This document shows positions 10,561-19,753 of a stretch of DNA of 64,000 nt, one piece after another. The position numbers and the translations under genes are program-made. Below the pieces are notes generated by a model that was not told the DNA's origin, ran no database searches, and worked only from the letters and a program-made list of their open reading frames with translations. Position 1 is the first letter of the stretch. Each line of letters begins with the position of its first letter. The stretch comes from an uncultured Candidatus Saccharibacteria bacterium. Lineage in GTDB: Bacteria; Patescibacteriota; Minisyncoccia; Phycocordibacterales; PALSA-1337. Where the stretch lies: assembly GCA_964561875.1 (NCBI GenBank), contig CAZLQL010000002.1, positions 23,613 to 87,612 on the forward strand, written 5' to 3'.

Positions 10561-10968
10561 ATGATCAACGCTTCACTAAAAAACTACAGACAATCACCAC
10601 GTAAAATGAGAGGCGTGGCAAATCTAATAAAGGGTAAACCAGTTACTATTGCTTTAGATACATTGGCACATATAAATAAGAAGGCAGGAGATCCACTATA
10701 TGCTCTACTTGCTTCTGCAGTTTCAAATGCAAAAAATAATTTTAATATGGATAAAGAAGGTTTGATAGTAAAGGATATAAGAATAGACTCAGGTTTTATA
10801 TTGAAAAGAAATATGCCAAGAGCTCGTGGTATGGCATATAGAATAAATAAGAGAACAAGCCATGTAAATATAACATTGGCTCCTAAGCCAGAAAAAGCAC
10901 CTAAAGTAAAAGTTGCTTCAAAGGTAGAAGATAAAAAAGAAGTAAAGGTTAAAAAAGAACAAAAATAA
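10561..10968 (+). CDS. rplV: 50S ribosomal protein L22
   Basis: YRQSPRKMRGVANLIKG; operon position. Confidence 0.9.
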   Translation: MINASLKNYRQSPRKMRGVANLIKGKPVTIALDTLAHINKKAGDPLYALLASAVSNAKNNFNMDKEGLIVKDIRIDSGFILKRNMPRARGMAYRINKRTSHVNITLAPKPEKAPKVKVASKVEDKKEVKVKKEQK

Positions 10969-10969
10969 C

Positions 10970-11674
10970 ATGTCAAAATCAGTCCACCCATATTCACATA
11001 GACTAGGAGTAATACGCGATTGGAAAAGTCGTTGGTTTAGACAGAACAAAGACTATAGAGATTCACTAAAAGCAGATTTACTTATAAGACAGTTTCTTAC
11101 AAAAGAGCTTAGAACATTTTATCTATCAGATGTTCAAATAGAAAGAAATCAAAAATCACTTAAGGTTATAATCAGAACTTCACGTCCTGGAATGATAATA
11201 GGAAGAAGTGGTGATGGTGTTGTAAAACTTAGAGAAAAAATACTTTCAATACTAAAAAAGAATAAGGTAGATCTACAAGGACAAGAATTGAAGCTTGATA
11301 TAGAAGAAGTTAGAAATCCAGAAGCAAATGCAGCTATAGTTGCTATGATGGTTGCTGAAGGACTAGAGAAGAGACTTCCTTTCAGAAGAGTGTTGAAGCA
11401 AACTATCGAAAAGGTAATGGCAAATAGAGAAGTTCAAGGAGTAAAGATAAAACTAGGTGGTCGTCTTGGTGGAGCAGATATGGCTCGTACAGAAGACTTG
11501 AAGAGAGGACGTATTCCACTTCAGACTTTGAGAGCAGATATTGACTTTGCTCGTGAAAAAGCAAATATGACATATGGTGGAATAGGTATAAAGGTTTGGA
11601 TATATAAAGGTCAGATATTCGAAAGAGATCTAAAGACAGCACGTGAGAGAGAGGCTGTTAATAACAGATCATAA
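10970..11674 (+). CDS. rpsC: 30S ribosomal protein S3
   Basis: HPYSHRLGVIRDWKSRWF and a KH domain. Confidence 0.95.
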   Translation: MSKSVHPYSHRLGVIRDWKSRWFRQNKDYRDSLKADLLIRQFLTKELRTFYLSDVQIERNQKSLKVIIRTSRPGMIIGRSGDGVVKLREKILSILKKNKVDLQGQELKLDIEEVRNPEANAAIVAMMVAEGLEKRLPFRRVLKQTIEKVMANREVQGVKIKLGGRLGGADMARTEDLKRGRIPLQTLRADIDFAREKANMTYGGIGIKVWIYKGQIFERDLKTAREREAVNNRS

Positions 11675-11688
11675 TTTATTTAAATATC

Positions 11689-12120
11689 ATGTTTTTTCCT
11701 AAAAAAGTAAAATTCAGAAAGTGGCATACAGGACGCAAGAATGCAAAAAAGCTTGCAGTTGCTGTTGAGACACGTGGTACAAAACTAGCATTCGGATCTT
11801 TTGGTTTGAAAGCACTTGAATTTGGAAGATTGACTTCAAATGAAATTGAAGCAGCAAGAAAAGTTATGGCACGTTATGCTACAAAGTCTGGAAAGGTTTG
11901 GGTTAGAATTTTCCCAGATAGACCATACACACAGAAGCCACCTGAAGTAAAACTAGGAAAAGGAAAGGGTGATCCAGTAGGATTTGTTGCGGAAGTTAGA
12001 GCTGGAAGAATACTTTTTGAAGTAGATGGAGTTACAGATGTAGTTGCGGCAGAAGCATTGAGAAAGGCTGGTACAAAGATCTCTGTAAAGACAAAAGTTG
12101 TAAATCGTAACTTAATATAG
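11689..12120 (+). CDS. rplP: 50S ribosomal protein L16
   Basis: PKKVKFRKWHTGR. Confidence 0.95.
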   Translation: MFFPKKVKFRKWHTGRKNAKKLAVAVETRGTKLAFGSFGLKALEFGRLTSNEIEAARKVMARYATKSGKVWVRIFPDRPYTQKPPEVKLGKGKGDPVGFVAEVRAGRILFEVDGVTDVVAAEALRKAGTKISVKTKVVNRNLI

Positions 12121-12129
12121 TATAAACAT

Positions 12130-12327
12130 ATGAAAGAGTATAAGAATAAAACAATAGAAGATCTAAACAAGCTAATCAATGAAAAGAGAGCTTCAATACG
12201 TGATTTCCGCTTCGGTTCTACAGGAAGCAAGACAAAGAACGTAAAGTTGTCAGCTACTCTTAGAAAAGATATAGCTAGAATAATGACTGAACTTACCCTA
12301 AGAAGGAAAGCAGAGTCAAAGAAATAA
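12130..12327 (+). CDS. rpmC: 50S ribosomal protein L29
   Basis: 65 aa; ELRELS-like N-terminal helix; operon position. Confidence 0.85.
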   Translation: MKEYKNKTIEDLNKLINEKRASIRDFRFGSTGSKTKNVKLSATLRKDIARIMTELTLRRKAESKK

Positions 12328-12342
12328 AGGATTATAAACAAA

Positions 12343-12606
12343 ATGGAAACAAAAACAACACAAAACAATATATCAGCACCAAAGAGACAGAAACTTTCTG
12401 GGGTTGTTGTATCTGATAAAATGAAAGATACAGTTGTTGTACTAGTAGAAAGATTTGTTAAAGATCCTAAATACCAAAAGTATATGAAGCTTAGAAAGAG
12501 ATATAAGGTTCATGATGCTGGTAATACAAAGAAGATAGGTGATAAGGTTGTTATAGAGTCATGCAGACCTATATCAAGACATAAGTCTTTCAAAATTTCA
12601 GCATAA
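12343..12606 (+). CDS. rpsQ: 30S ribosomal protein S17
   Basis: GVVVSDKMKDTVVVLVER...HD..N. Confidence 0.9.
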   Translation: METKTTQNNISAPKRQKLSGVVVSDKMKDTVVVLVERFVKDPKYQKYMKLRKRYKVHDAGNTKKIGDKVVIESCRPISRHKSFKISA

Positions 12607-12624
12607 TAATTTAAATAAACTTCC

Positions 12625-12996
12625 ATGATACAGCCACGTTCAATAGTAAGAATAACAGACAATTGCGGAGCAAAAATAGGCCGTATATTCAAGGTGCTAG
12701 GAAGCTCAAAGAAGAGATATGCAACAATAGGCGATCTAGTTGTACTTTCTGTACAAAAAGCAGAACCTAGAAAAACAATAAAGAAGAAGGATGTTCTACA
12801 AGCAGTTGTTGTAAGACAAGTTCAACCATTTAGAAGAAAGGATGGTTCATACATAAAGTTTGATGAAAATGCAGTTGTTATAGTTGAAAAGGGTAAGAAG
12901 GAACCTGTTGCAGGACGTATATTCGGTCCTATACCACGCGAAATAGCCGAACAAGGTTTCCAAACTATTGCTTCACGTGCACCAGAAATAGTATAA
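12625..12996 (+). CDS. rplN: 50S ribosomal protein L14
   Basis: MIQPRSIVRITDNCGAK. Confidence 0.95.
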   Translation: MIQPRSIVRITDNCGAKIGRIFKVLGSSKKRYATIGDLVVLSVQKAEPRKTIKKKDVLQAVVVRQVQPFRRKDGSYIKFDENAVVIVEKGKKEPVAGRIFGPIPREIAEQGFQTIASRAPEIV

Positions 12997-13003
12997 AAAT
13001 TAT

Positions 13004-13246
13004 ATGAATATCAAGAAAGACAACAATGTAATAGTGCTTGTAGGAAAAGATAAGGGTAAAACTGGAAAAGTTTTGAAAATGCTTCCTAAAGAAAATAAAC
13101 TTATAGTATCTGGTTTAAACATGGTCAAAAAGCACCAGAAGCCAAGACAGAAAGGACAGAAGGGTCAAACAGTAGAAGTTTCAATGCCAATTCACATTTC
13201 AAATGTTGCACTAGAGTCAGAATATAAGAAAGGAAAGAAGAAATAA
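13004..13246 (+). CDS. rplX: 50S ribosomal protein L24
   Basis: KOW-like VIVLVGKDKGKTGKVL. Confidence 0.85.
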   Translation: MNIKKDNNVIVLVGKDKGKTGKVLKMLPKENKLIVSGLNMVKKHQKPRQKGQKGQTVEVSMPIHISNVALESEYKKGKKK

Positions 13247-13271
13247 GATATTGTAAGGTAGAAATAAAAAC

Positions 13272-13832
13272 ATGAAAAAAGAAACAGTAAAAAATACATA
13301 CGAATTAAACAAAAACTCTTTTGAAAATCTAAAGGGTAAGCTTGAATTTAAAAATAAGATGCAAGCACCAAGACTAGTAAAAGTTGTAATATCTTCAGGT
13401 ATAGGTTCACTTAAGGATAAAAAGAAGATGGAACTTATTGCAGACCGTCTTGCAAAGATAACTGGACAAAAGCCAGCTCTAAGAGGTGCAAAGAAATCTA
13501 TTGCAACATTTAAAGTTAGACAAGGAGATCCTGTTGGATATCAAATAACCCTAAGAGGAAAGAGAATGTGTGATTTTGTAGATCGTCTTATAAATATCGC
13601 CCTTCCTCGTACAAAGGACTTCCGTGGTATATCTAGAACAGCAGTAGATGAAATGGGAAACTACAATCTAGGAATAAAGGAACATACAATATTTGCTGAA
13701 ACTTCAGACGAAGATTTGAAAGATGTATTCGGAATGGGAATAAGCTTTGTTGTTTCTTCTAAGAAAGAAGAAGACACAATAGCTTTTCTAGAATACCTAG
13801 GTTTTCCATTTAAGAAGGTTGGGGTTAAATAA
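13272..13832 (+). CDS. rplE: 50S ribosomal protein L5
   Basis: NKMQAPRLVKVVISSGIG...GMGISF. Confidence 0.95.
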   Translation: MKKETVKNTYELNKNSFENLKGKLEFKNKMQAPRLVKVVISSGIGSLKDKKKMELIADRLAKITGQKPALRGAKKSIATFKVRQGDPVGYQITLRGKRMCDFVDRLINIALPRTKDFRGISRTAVDEMGNYNLGIKEHTIFAETSDEDLKDVFGMGISFVVSSKKEEDTIAFLEYLGFPFKKVGVK

Positions 13833-13861
13833 ATCTATTTAATAAAAATTATTTTAATAAA

Positions 13862-13898
13862 AAAACAACCGCTGGACGAACCATGCGGTGTTTTGTTA
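13862..13898. terminator. hairpin plus T/A tracts between rplE and the antisense lipoprotein gene (bidirectional terminator); member of a two-copy hairpin family
   Basis: aaaaacaaccgctggacgaaccatgcggtgttttgtt. The reverse complement (aacaccgcatggttcgtccagcggttg) matches 32461-32490 at 24 of 27 positions. Confidence 0.5.
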
Positions 13899-13916
13899 AA
13901 TTTCTTCCTTAACCTC

Positions 13917-14282
13917 TCACTTTTCCTTGATAAAGTAGGTGTAGGTGGAGATACCGAATGGATTGCTTTTCAATCCAATCTGCTCCGCCTCGATTTCTGA
14001 TCCGATTACCTGTGGTTTTGCACTTAGTGCTGACCACAGACTTTCGCGGGAATGGTTATTTAGGTCCTTGAAAACCACATTGTATAGCCCGCTCCTCACT
14101 TGGACGTTGGTAATAACCACTCCAGTAACAGTAATTGGTACGATATTTACCTTCGAACTATCAATTCCTCCACTGCTGATGAAATCAGTTTGGATCTTTT
14201 CATGCTCGGACCAGTCGCGCTTGCAACCAGTAGAGAAGAAAAGTGTTCCGACAAATACAGACAACAAGAAGAACATTTTCAT
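13917..14282 (-). CDS. lipoprotein (hypothetical), inserted antisense within the spc ribosomal operon
   Basis: Signal peptide with lipobox MKMFFLLSVFVGTLFFSTGC. GC content visibly above the flanking r-protein genes. It sits in a 640-bp gap between rplE and rpsN on the opposite strand. Confidence 0.55.
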   Translation of the reverse strand: MKMFFLLSVFVGTLFFSTGCKRDWSEHEKIQTDFISSGGIDSSKVNIVPITVTGVVITNVQVRSGLYNVVFKDLNNHSRESLWSALSAKPQVIGSEIEAEQIGLKSNPFGISTYTYFIKEK

Positions 14283-14475
14283 ACGCCCATAAGATATCAT
14301 GCATATATTAACAAGTCAATAGATATTAACTTGCCTTATTTGAGCCACTCTGCTAGTATATTGAGACGTTCGAAATAAGTATACAGGCCCTAAAAAGCAT
14401 AGTGATTGGAAGCCCATACCGCAAGGTCAAGCTAACCAATCCTCGTTTGTTTATAAAATTGTTTATAAAATAAAA

Positions 14476-14661
14476 ATGGCAAAGACATCAGTAAAAGCAA
14501 GAGCAAAGAAAGCCCCAAAGTTCAAATCAAGGGTTGTTCGTCGTTGCTTCAGATGTGGCAGAAAAAATGGATATATGAGAGATTTCGATCTTTGCCGTAT
14601 TTGTTTCAGAGAGTTCGCAAATGAAGGTGTTATTCCAGGAATAAAGAAATCATCATGGTAA
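14476..14661 (+). CDS. rpsN: 30S ribosomal protein S14, type Z (zinc-binding)
   Basis: 61 aa with a CxxC...CxxC motif (RCFRCGR...CRIC). Confidence 0.9.
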   Translation: MAKTSVKARAKKAPKFKSRVVRRCFRCGRKNGYMRDFDLCRICFREFANEGVIPGIKKSSW

Positions 14662-15047
14662 CAGACCCAATCGCAAATTTAATAATTTCAATAAAGAATG
14701 CCAATAAAGCAGGTAAGGCAAGTATTTCAATACCTTATTCTGCTCTAAAGGAATCAATAGCTCATGTCTTACTAAAGGCAGGATATGTTTCAAGTGTTGA
14801 AGCTAAAGGAAAGAAGATCGATAAGACACTTGAGATAGGACTTTCATACATAGGTGATATGCCTCGTGTAAGTGATGTTTCTCGTATATCAAAACCATCA
14901 AGAAGAATATACCAAAAGGCAAAAGATATAAGAATATTTAAGAGTGGTTACGGAAACACTGTCTTTTCTACACCAGAAGGAATACTTATAGATATCGATG
15001 CAAAGACAAGAAAGGTCGGAGGGGAAGCATTATTTAAGATCTGGTAA
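14655..15047 (+). CDS. rpsH: 30S ribosomal protein S8
   Basis: DPIANLIISIKNA; operon position. Confidence 0.95.
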   Translation: MVTDPIANLIISIKNANKAGKASISIPYSALKESIAHVLLKAGYVSSVEAKGKKIDKTLEIGLSYIGDMPRVSDVSRISKPSRRIYQKAKDIRIFKSGYGNTVFSTPEGILIDIDAKTRKVGGEALFKIW

Positions 15048-15057
15048 TATAAAAAAC

Positions 15058-15591
15058 ATGTCACGTCTAGCAAAAAAACCTATAGCAATTCCTGAAAAGA
15101 TACAAGTTACATATACTGGTGGTGTGTTTACAGCAAAAGGACCACTTGGAGAAATAAAGAAAGATCTACGTCCTGATGTAAATATCAAGATTGAGAATAA
15201 TGAAATACTTCTTACTCCAGCAAATAACTCTATACAAACAAAAGCCTTACTTGGTACTTATGCTTCTCATATAAAGAATATGATGTCAGGTGTAAATAAA
15301 GCATATGAAAAGAAACTTATAATAGAAGGAATTGGTTTCAAATCTGAAGTTAAAGGAAAAGAATTGCACCTAGCACTAGGTTTTTCACACCCAATAAAGG
15401 TTACTATACCTGATGGTCTAAAGGTTACAGCAGAAAAAAACATCGTTACAACATCAGGAATAGATTGTGAAATGGTGGGTCAGTTTGCTGCAAAGATAAG
15501 AGCAATGAAGAAACCTGAACCATATAAGGGTAAGGGTATAAGATATGAGAAGGAAGTTATAAGACGTAAGCAAGGTAAGAAAGCTGCATAG
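15058..15591 (+). CDS. rplF: 50S ribosomal protein L6
   Basis: MSRLAKKPIAIPEKIQV... The ORF track extends upstream into rpsH; the start at 15058 removes the overlap. Confidence 0.9.
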   Translation: MSRLAKKPIAIPEKIQVTYTGGVFTAKGPLGEIKKDLRPDVNIKIENNEILLTPANNSIQTKALLGTYASHIKNMMSGVNKAYEKKLIIEGIGFKSEVKGKELHLALGFSHPIKVTIPDGLKVTAEKNIVTTSGIDCEMVGQFAAKIRAMKKPEPYKGKGIRYEKEVIRRKQGKKAA

Positions 15592-15604
15592 TATTTGAAA
15601 ATAT

Positions 15605-15955
15605 ATGAATACAAGTAAACAAAAACAATTAAAGATAGCTAGAAGACACAAGAGAATTCGTGCAATACTTTCTGGTACAACAGAACGTCCACGTCTATCT
15701 GTATTCAAGTCTCATAAATACATATCTGCACAAATAATAGATGATACAAAAGGACATACACTAGTTTCATTCTCATCAAAGGATGCAAAATCAAAGACAC
15801 CCGCAGAAAAAGCCTTTGAAGTGGGTACAGAGATTGCAAAAAAAGCAAAAGCAAATAAAATTACAAAAGTAGTTTTTGATCGTGGTGGATATCTGTATAC
15901 TGGAAAGATAAAATCTGTAGCAGATGGAGCTAGAGAAGGTGGTCTAATATTTTAA
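15605..15955 (+). CDS. rplR: 50S ribosomal protein L18
   Basis: RPRLSVFKSHKYISAQIIDD. Confidence 0.9.
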   Translation: MNTSKQKQLKIARRHKRIRAILSGTTERPRLSVFKSHKYISAQIIDDTKGHTLVSFSSKDAKSKTPAEKAFEVGTEIAKKAKANKITKVVFDRGGYLYTGKIKSVADGAREGGLIF

Positions 15956-15961
15956 ATAAAA

Positions 15962-16594
15962 ATGGAACAAGAAATAAAACAACCAAATACAGAAATAAAA
16001 GTAGTAGGAAATGCTCCAGTTGCTCCTTCTGCTAATCCAACTGATGCAAGATCATTTGATAGAAGATCTCGTGGCCCAAAGAGAGATGGAAGCAGACCAC
16101 CTCGTGAGCAAAAAGAAAGAATAAAACCAGAATTTGATACAAAGATCATAAACATAAGACGTGTGACTCGTGTTGTTTCTGGAGGAAGAAGATTTACATT
16201 TTCAGTAGCAGTAGTTTCTGGAGATAGAAAGGGTAGAGTTGGTGTTGGTCTAGGTAAATCAGGAGATACTTCAATGGCTATAGACAAAGCTACTCGTGAT
16301 GCAAAGAAAAATATGATAAGGATTCCACTTTCTTCAAACATGACTATTCCTCATGCTATACAAGCAAAATACTCAAGTGCAGTTGTTATGATGATGCCCG
16401 CAAAAGGAAGAGGAGTTGTAGCAGGAAGCTCAGCTAGAAATGTTGTTGAGCTAGGAGGTGTTAAGGATATTTGTGTGAAGCTTTTGTCAGGTAGTAAAAA
16501 TAAACTAAACATTGCAAAAGCTACAATAAAAGCCCTATCACTTCTTTCAAAGAACTCTGTTACAAAAATGACAAAGTCACCTGAAAAGAAATAA
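15962..16594 (+). CDS. rpsE: 30S ribosomal protein S5 (N-terminal extension)
   Basis: INIRRVTRVVSGGRRFTFSVAVVSGD. Confidence 0.9.
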   Translation: MEQEIKQPNTEIKVVGNAPVAPSANPTDARSFDRRSRGPKRDGSRPPREQKERIKPEFDTKIINIRRVTRVVSGGRRFTFSVAVVSGDRKGRVGVGLGKSGDTSMAIDKATRDAKKNMIRIPLSSNMTIPHAIQAKYSSAVVMMMPAKGRGVVAGSSARNVVELGGVKDICVKLLSGSKNKLNIAKATIKALSLLSKNSVTKMTKSPEKK

Positions 16595-16612
16595 AAATTT
16601 AATTAAAATACC

Positions 16613-17056
16613 ATGCAGATACATACACTTATACCAAAAGATAAAAACAAGAAGACCATGATAGTTGGTCGTGGTGGAAAACGTGGAAAGACATCTGGTC
16701 GTGGTGGAAAAGGTCAGACAGCAAGAGCAGGTAACAAGCGTCGTCCAGAACTAAGAGATTTTATAAAGAGAATTCCAAAGCTTCGTGGTCGTGGTGTTAA
16801 CTCAAATAAATCTATAGAAAAAGATGTAGTTCCAGTAAATCTATCTATTATAGATTCAAAGTTTAAGGCTTCAGATATAGTATCTCCAAAGACTATGGTT
16901 GAAGCAGGTGTAATTTCTACATTTAATGGTAAAATTCCTAGTGTAAAGATTTTAGCAACAGGTGAAATAACAAAGAAACTTACATTCACTGACTGTATAA
17001 TTTCAGAGAGTGCAAAAGCAAAAATAGAGAAAGCGGGTGGAAGTTTCGGTAAATAA
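16613..17056 (+). CDS. rplO: 50S ribosomal protein L15
   Basis: GRGGKRGKTSGRGGKGQ. No rpmD (L30) lies between rpsE and this gene. Confidence 0.9.
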   Translation: MQIHTLIPKDKNKKTMIVGRGGKRGKTSGRGGKGQTARAGNKRRPELRDFIKRIPKLRGRGVNSNKSIEKDVVPVNLSIIDSKFKASDIVSPKTMVEAGVISTFNGKIPSVKILATGEITKKLTFTDCIISESAKAKIEKAGGSFGK

Positions 17057-17059
17057 AAC

Positions 17060-18334
17060 ATGAATTCATTCATACAAAAGATTTCTACAGTTCTCAAAGA
17101 TCCAATGATGAGAAAGCGTATAGCTTTTACTTTAGGAGCATTGGTAGTATTTAGATTGATATCAACAATTCCTATACCTGGAATAGATGTCGCAAATCTA
17201 GAAAGATTATTGGCTGGGAATCAATTTTTCGGTCTATTAGACATATTTTCTGGTGGAGGTATATCTAGACTTTCTATAGTTATGCTTGGAGTAGGACCAT
17301 ACATTACAGGTTCTATTATTATCCAGCTGTTTACAATGATGTTCCCAAGAATGAAAGCTATGATGCAAGAGGAAGGGGATGCTGGTAGACAGAAACTTTC
17401 AAATTACTCAAGATTACTTGCAGTACCATTGGCTGCACTTCAAGGTTTTGCTTTTCTTTCATTACTTAAAACTCAGGGAGTAGTTTCAGCATCTATAACT
17501 CCTATGGAAATGATTGTAAACGTATTTGTTATAACTGCAGGATCACTATTTCTAATGTGGTTGGGTGAATTGGTATCAGAATTCGGTATAGGAAACGGAG
17601 TTTCACTTATAATATTTGCAGGTATTATTGCAGTTCTACCAACACAGATAATGCAATTCTTTGCAGGATTTGATTCTACACAAATACCACTTTATCTAGT
17701 ATTTGCTGTTATATCTATTCTAGTTATATTGGCAGTTGTTGTTGTTACAGAAGCAGAAAGACCTGTTTCAGTTACTTATGCAAAGCAAGTTAGAGGAAAT
17801 AAAGTGTATGGTGGAGTTTCAACATATCTTCCACTAAGATTAAATCAAGCAGGAGTTATTCCTATAATATTTGCTCTATCAATACTTCTATTCCCACAAA
17901 TAATCTCTAACTTCCTATCAAAAGTATCAAATACTCAGATAGCTGAAATTGCTACAAAAGTTTCAGTTTTCCTAAACGATGCTTGGGTCCATGGAATACT
18001 TTATTTCCTATTAGTGTTTGTATTTACCTACTTCTATACTGCAGTGACATTTGATCCAAAGATGATATCAGAAAATCTACAGAAGGGTGGGGCCTTTATT
18101 CCAGGAGTACGTCCAGGAGAATCTACACAGATATATCTAGGAAAGATAGTAACTCGTATAACTCTAGTCGGCGCTGTATTTCTAGGTTTTGTAGCTGTAT
18201 TACCAGTTATAATGCAAGGATTTAGTGGTAATCAATCTCTAGCTATTGGGGGTACAGCATTACTTATCGTTGTTTCTGTAGTTCTAGATCTATTGAAGAA
18301 AATCGACGCTCAAGCAAGCATGAGACAGTACTAA
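17060..18334 (+). CDS. secY: preprotein translocase subunit SecY
   Basis: 424 aa, 10-TM profile, operon position. Confidence 0.95.
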   Translation: MNSFIQKISTVLKDPMMRKRIAFTLGALVVFRLISTIPIPGIDVANLERLLAGNQFFGLLDIFSGGGISRLSIVMLGVGPYITGSIIIQLFTMMFPRMKAMMQEEGDAGRQKLSNYSRLLAVPLAALQGFAFLSLLKTQGVVSASITPMEMIVNVFVITAGSLFLMWLGELVSEFGIGNGVSLIIFAGIIAVLPTQIMQFFAGFDSTQIPLYLVFAVISILVILAVVVVTEAERPVSVTYAKQVRGNKVYGGVSTYLPLRLNQAGVIPIIFALSILLFPQIISNFLSKVSNTQIAEIATKVSVFLNDAWVHGILYFLLVFVFTYFYTAVTFDPKMISENLQKGGAFIPGVRPGESTQIYLGKIVTRITLVGAVFLGFVAVLPVIMQGFSGNQSLAIGGTALLIVVSVVLDLLKKIDAQASMRQY

Positions 18335-18381
18335 AATATCATAACTAGGTTTTTATCTAATTATGGATATAATATAGGCAT

Positions 18382-18978
18382 ATGAAAATGCCACAGAAAT
18401 CATTTATATTTACAGGAATATCTGGTTGCGGAAAAGGTACTCAGATAAATAATTTATTAAAATATTTTGAAGGTAAGGGTGAAAGTGTCCTAAATATTGA
18501 AACAGGTCATGAATTTAGGGAATTTATAAACGGTAATAGTCAAACTCAAATACTTTCAAAAAATATTTATGATAAAGGAGGTATACAACCTGCATTTCTA
18601 GCTTGTCATATTTGGTCACACACACTTATAAAAAAGTTTGATGATAAATCACATCTTATAATAGACGGTGCACCTAGAACTTATCCAGAAGCTTTAGTGA
18701 TGGATTCGGTATTTAAATTTTATTCTATTGAAAAGCCCAATGTTATTCATATTGATATAGATAGGGAACAAGCAACAAAAAGGCTTTTATCAAGAAAAAG
18801 AATTGATGACAATATAGATGATATAAATGCTAGATTAGATTTTTATTACAAAGATGTTGTTCCAGCTCTCGAGTATTATAAAAATGATAGTTTCTATAAC
18901 TATGTTCATATAAATGGTAATAAATCTATAGAGGATATATTTGAGGAAATAAAATCAAAAACAGGTTTAGATAAATAA
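18382..18978 (+). CDS. adk: adenylate kinase-like nucleoside monophosphate kinase (divergent, short LID)
   Basis: P-loop GISGCGKGTQ and IIDGAPRTYPEA resemble the Adk NMP-binding motif; position after secY. Confidence 0.7.
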   Translation: MKMPQKSFIFTGISGCGKGTQINNLLKYFEGKGESVLNIETGHEFREFINGNSQTQILSKNIYDKGGIQPAFLACHIWSHTLIKKFDDKSHLIIDGAPRTYPEALVMDSVFKFYSIEKPNVIHIDIDREQATKRLLSRKRIDDNIDDINARLDFYYKDVVPALEYYKNDSFYNYVHINGNKSIEDIFEEIKSKTGLDK

Positions 18979-18983
18979 AAATA

Positions 18984-19751
18984 ATGATTAAGATAAAGAC
19001 AAAAGAGGAAATAGCCATATTGAGAGAAGGAGGAAAGAGACATGCTGAAATAATGAGAAATATAGTAAAGTTAGTTATTCCAGGTGTTTCAACTTCCTTT
19101 TTAAATGATGAAACAACCAGAATGATAATCGAGGGTGGAGATATTCCTTCACTATTAAATTTTAGACCAAGTGGTTCAAAGAGACCTTATCCAGCTTCGA
19201 TATGTATATCGGTAAATGATGAAATAGTGCATGGTATACCAAATGAAAACCCAAGAATATTGAAGGAAGGTGATATTGTGAGTTTAGACTTTGCCATGAC
19301 TCATAAAGGAATGGTTACAGATATGGCTGTAACCGTACCTGTAGGTAATGTAAGTGAAGAGTGTATGGAATTGATGGAGATAACAAAAAAGGCTCTTATG
19401 GCAGGTATAAAGGCCGGAAAGGGTGGTAAAAAGGTTGGCGATATAAGTTCTGCTATAGAGAAAATCGGTATTATGGGTGGTTATGGGATAGTGGAAGAAC
19501 TATGTGGACACGGTGTAGGTTATGGAGTGCATGAAGAACCCATGGTTCCAAACTACGGTGAACCAAATACAGGTGACAAGCTCGTACCTGGAATGGTTTT
19601 GGCTATAGAGCCGATGTTCAATCTTGGTGATAGAAATTTAACTTTAGATGATGATGGTTATACATATAGAACACAAGATGGAAAAGTCAGTGCGCATTTT
19701 GAGCATACGGTAGTAATAACAAAGAGTGAACCAGAAATATTAACATTATAA
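18984..19751 (+). CDS. map: type I methionine aminopeptidase
   Basis: HGIP...D...CGHGVG...EHT metal-ligand pattern. Confidence 0.95.
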   Translation: MIKIKTKEEIAILREGGKRHAEIMRNIVKLVIPGVSTSFLNDETTRMIIEGGDIPSLLNFRPSGSKRPYPASICISVNDEIVHGIPNENPRILKEGDIVSLDFAMTHKGMVTDMAVTVPVGNVSEECMELMEITKKALMAGIKAGKGGKKVGDISSAIEKIGIMGGYGIVEELCGHGVGYGVHEEPMVPNYGEPNTGDKLVPGMVLAIEPMFNLGDRNLTLDDDGYTYRTQDGKVSAHFEHTVVITKSEPEILTL

Positions 19752-19753
19752 AA

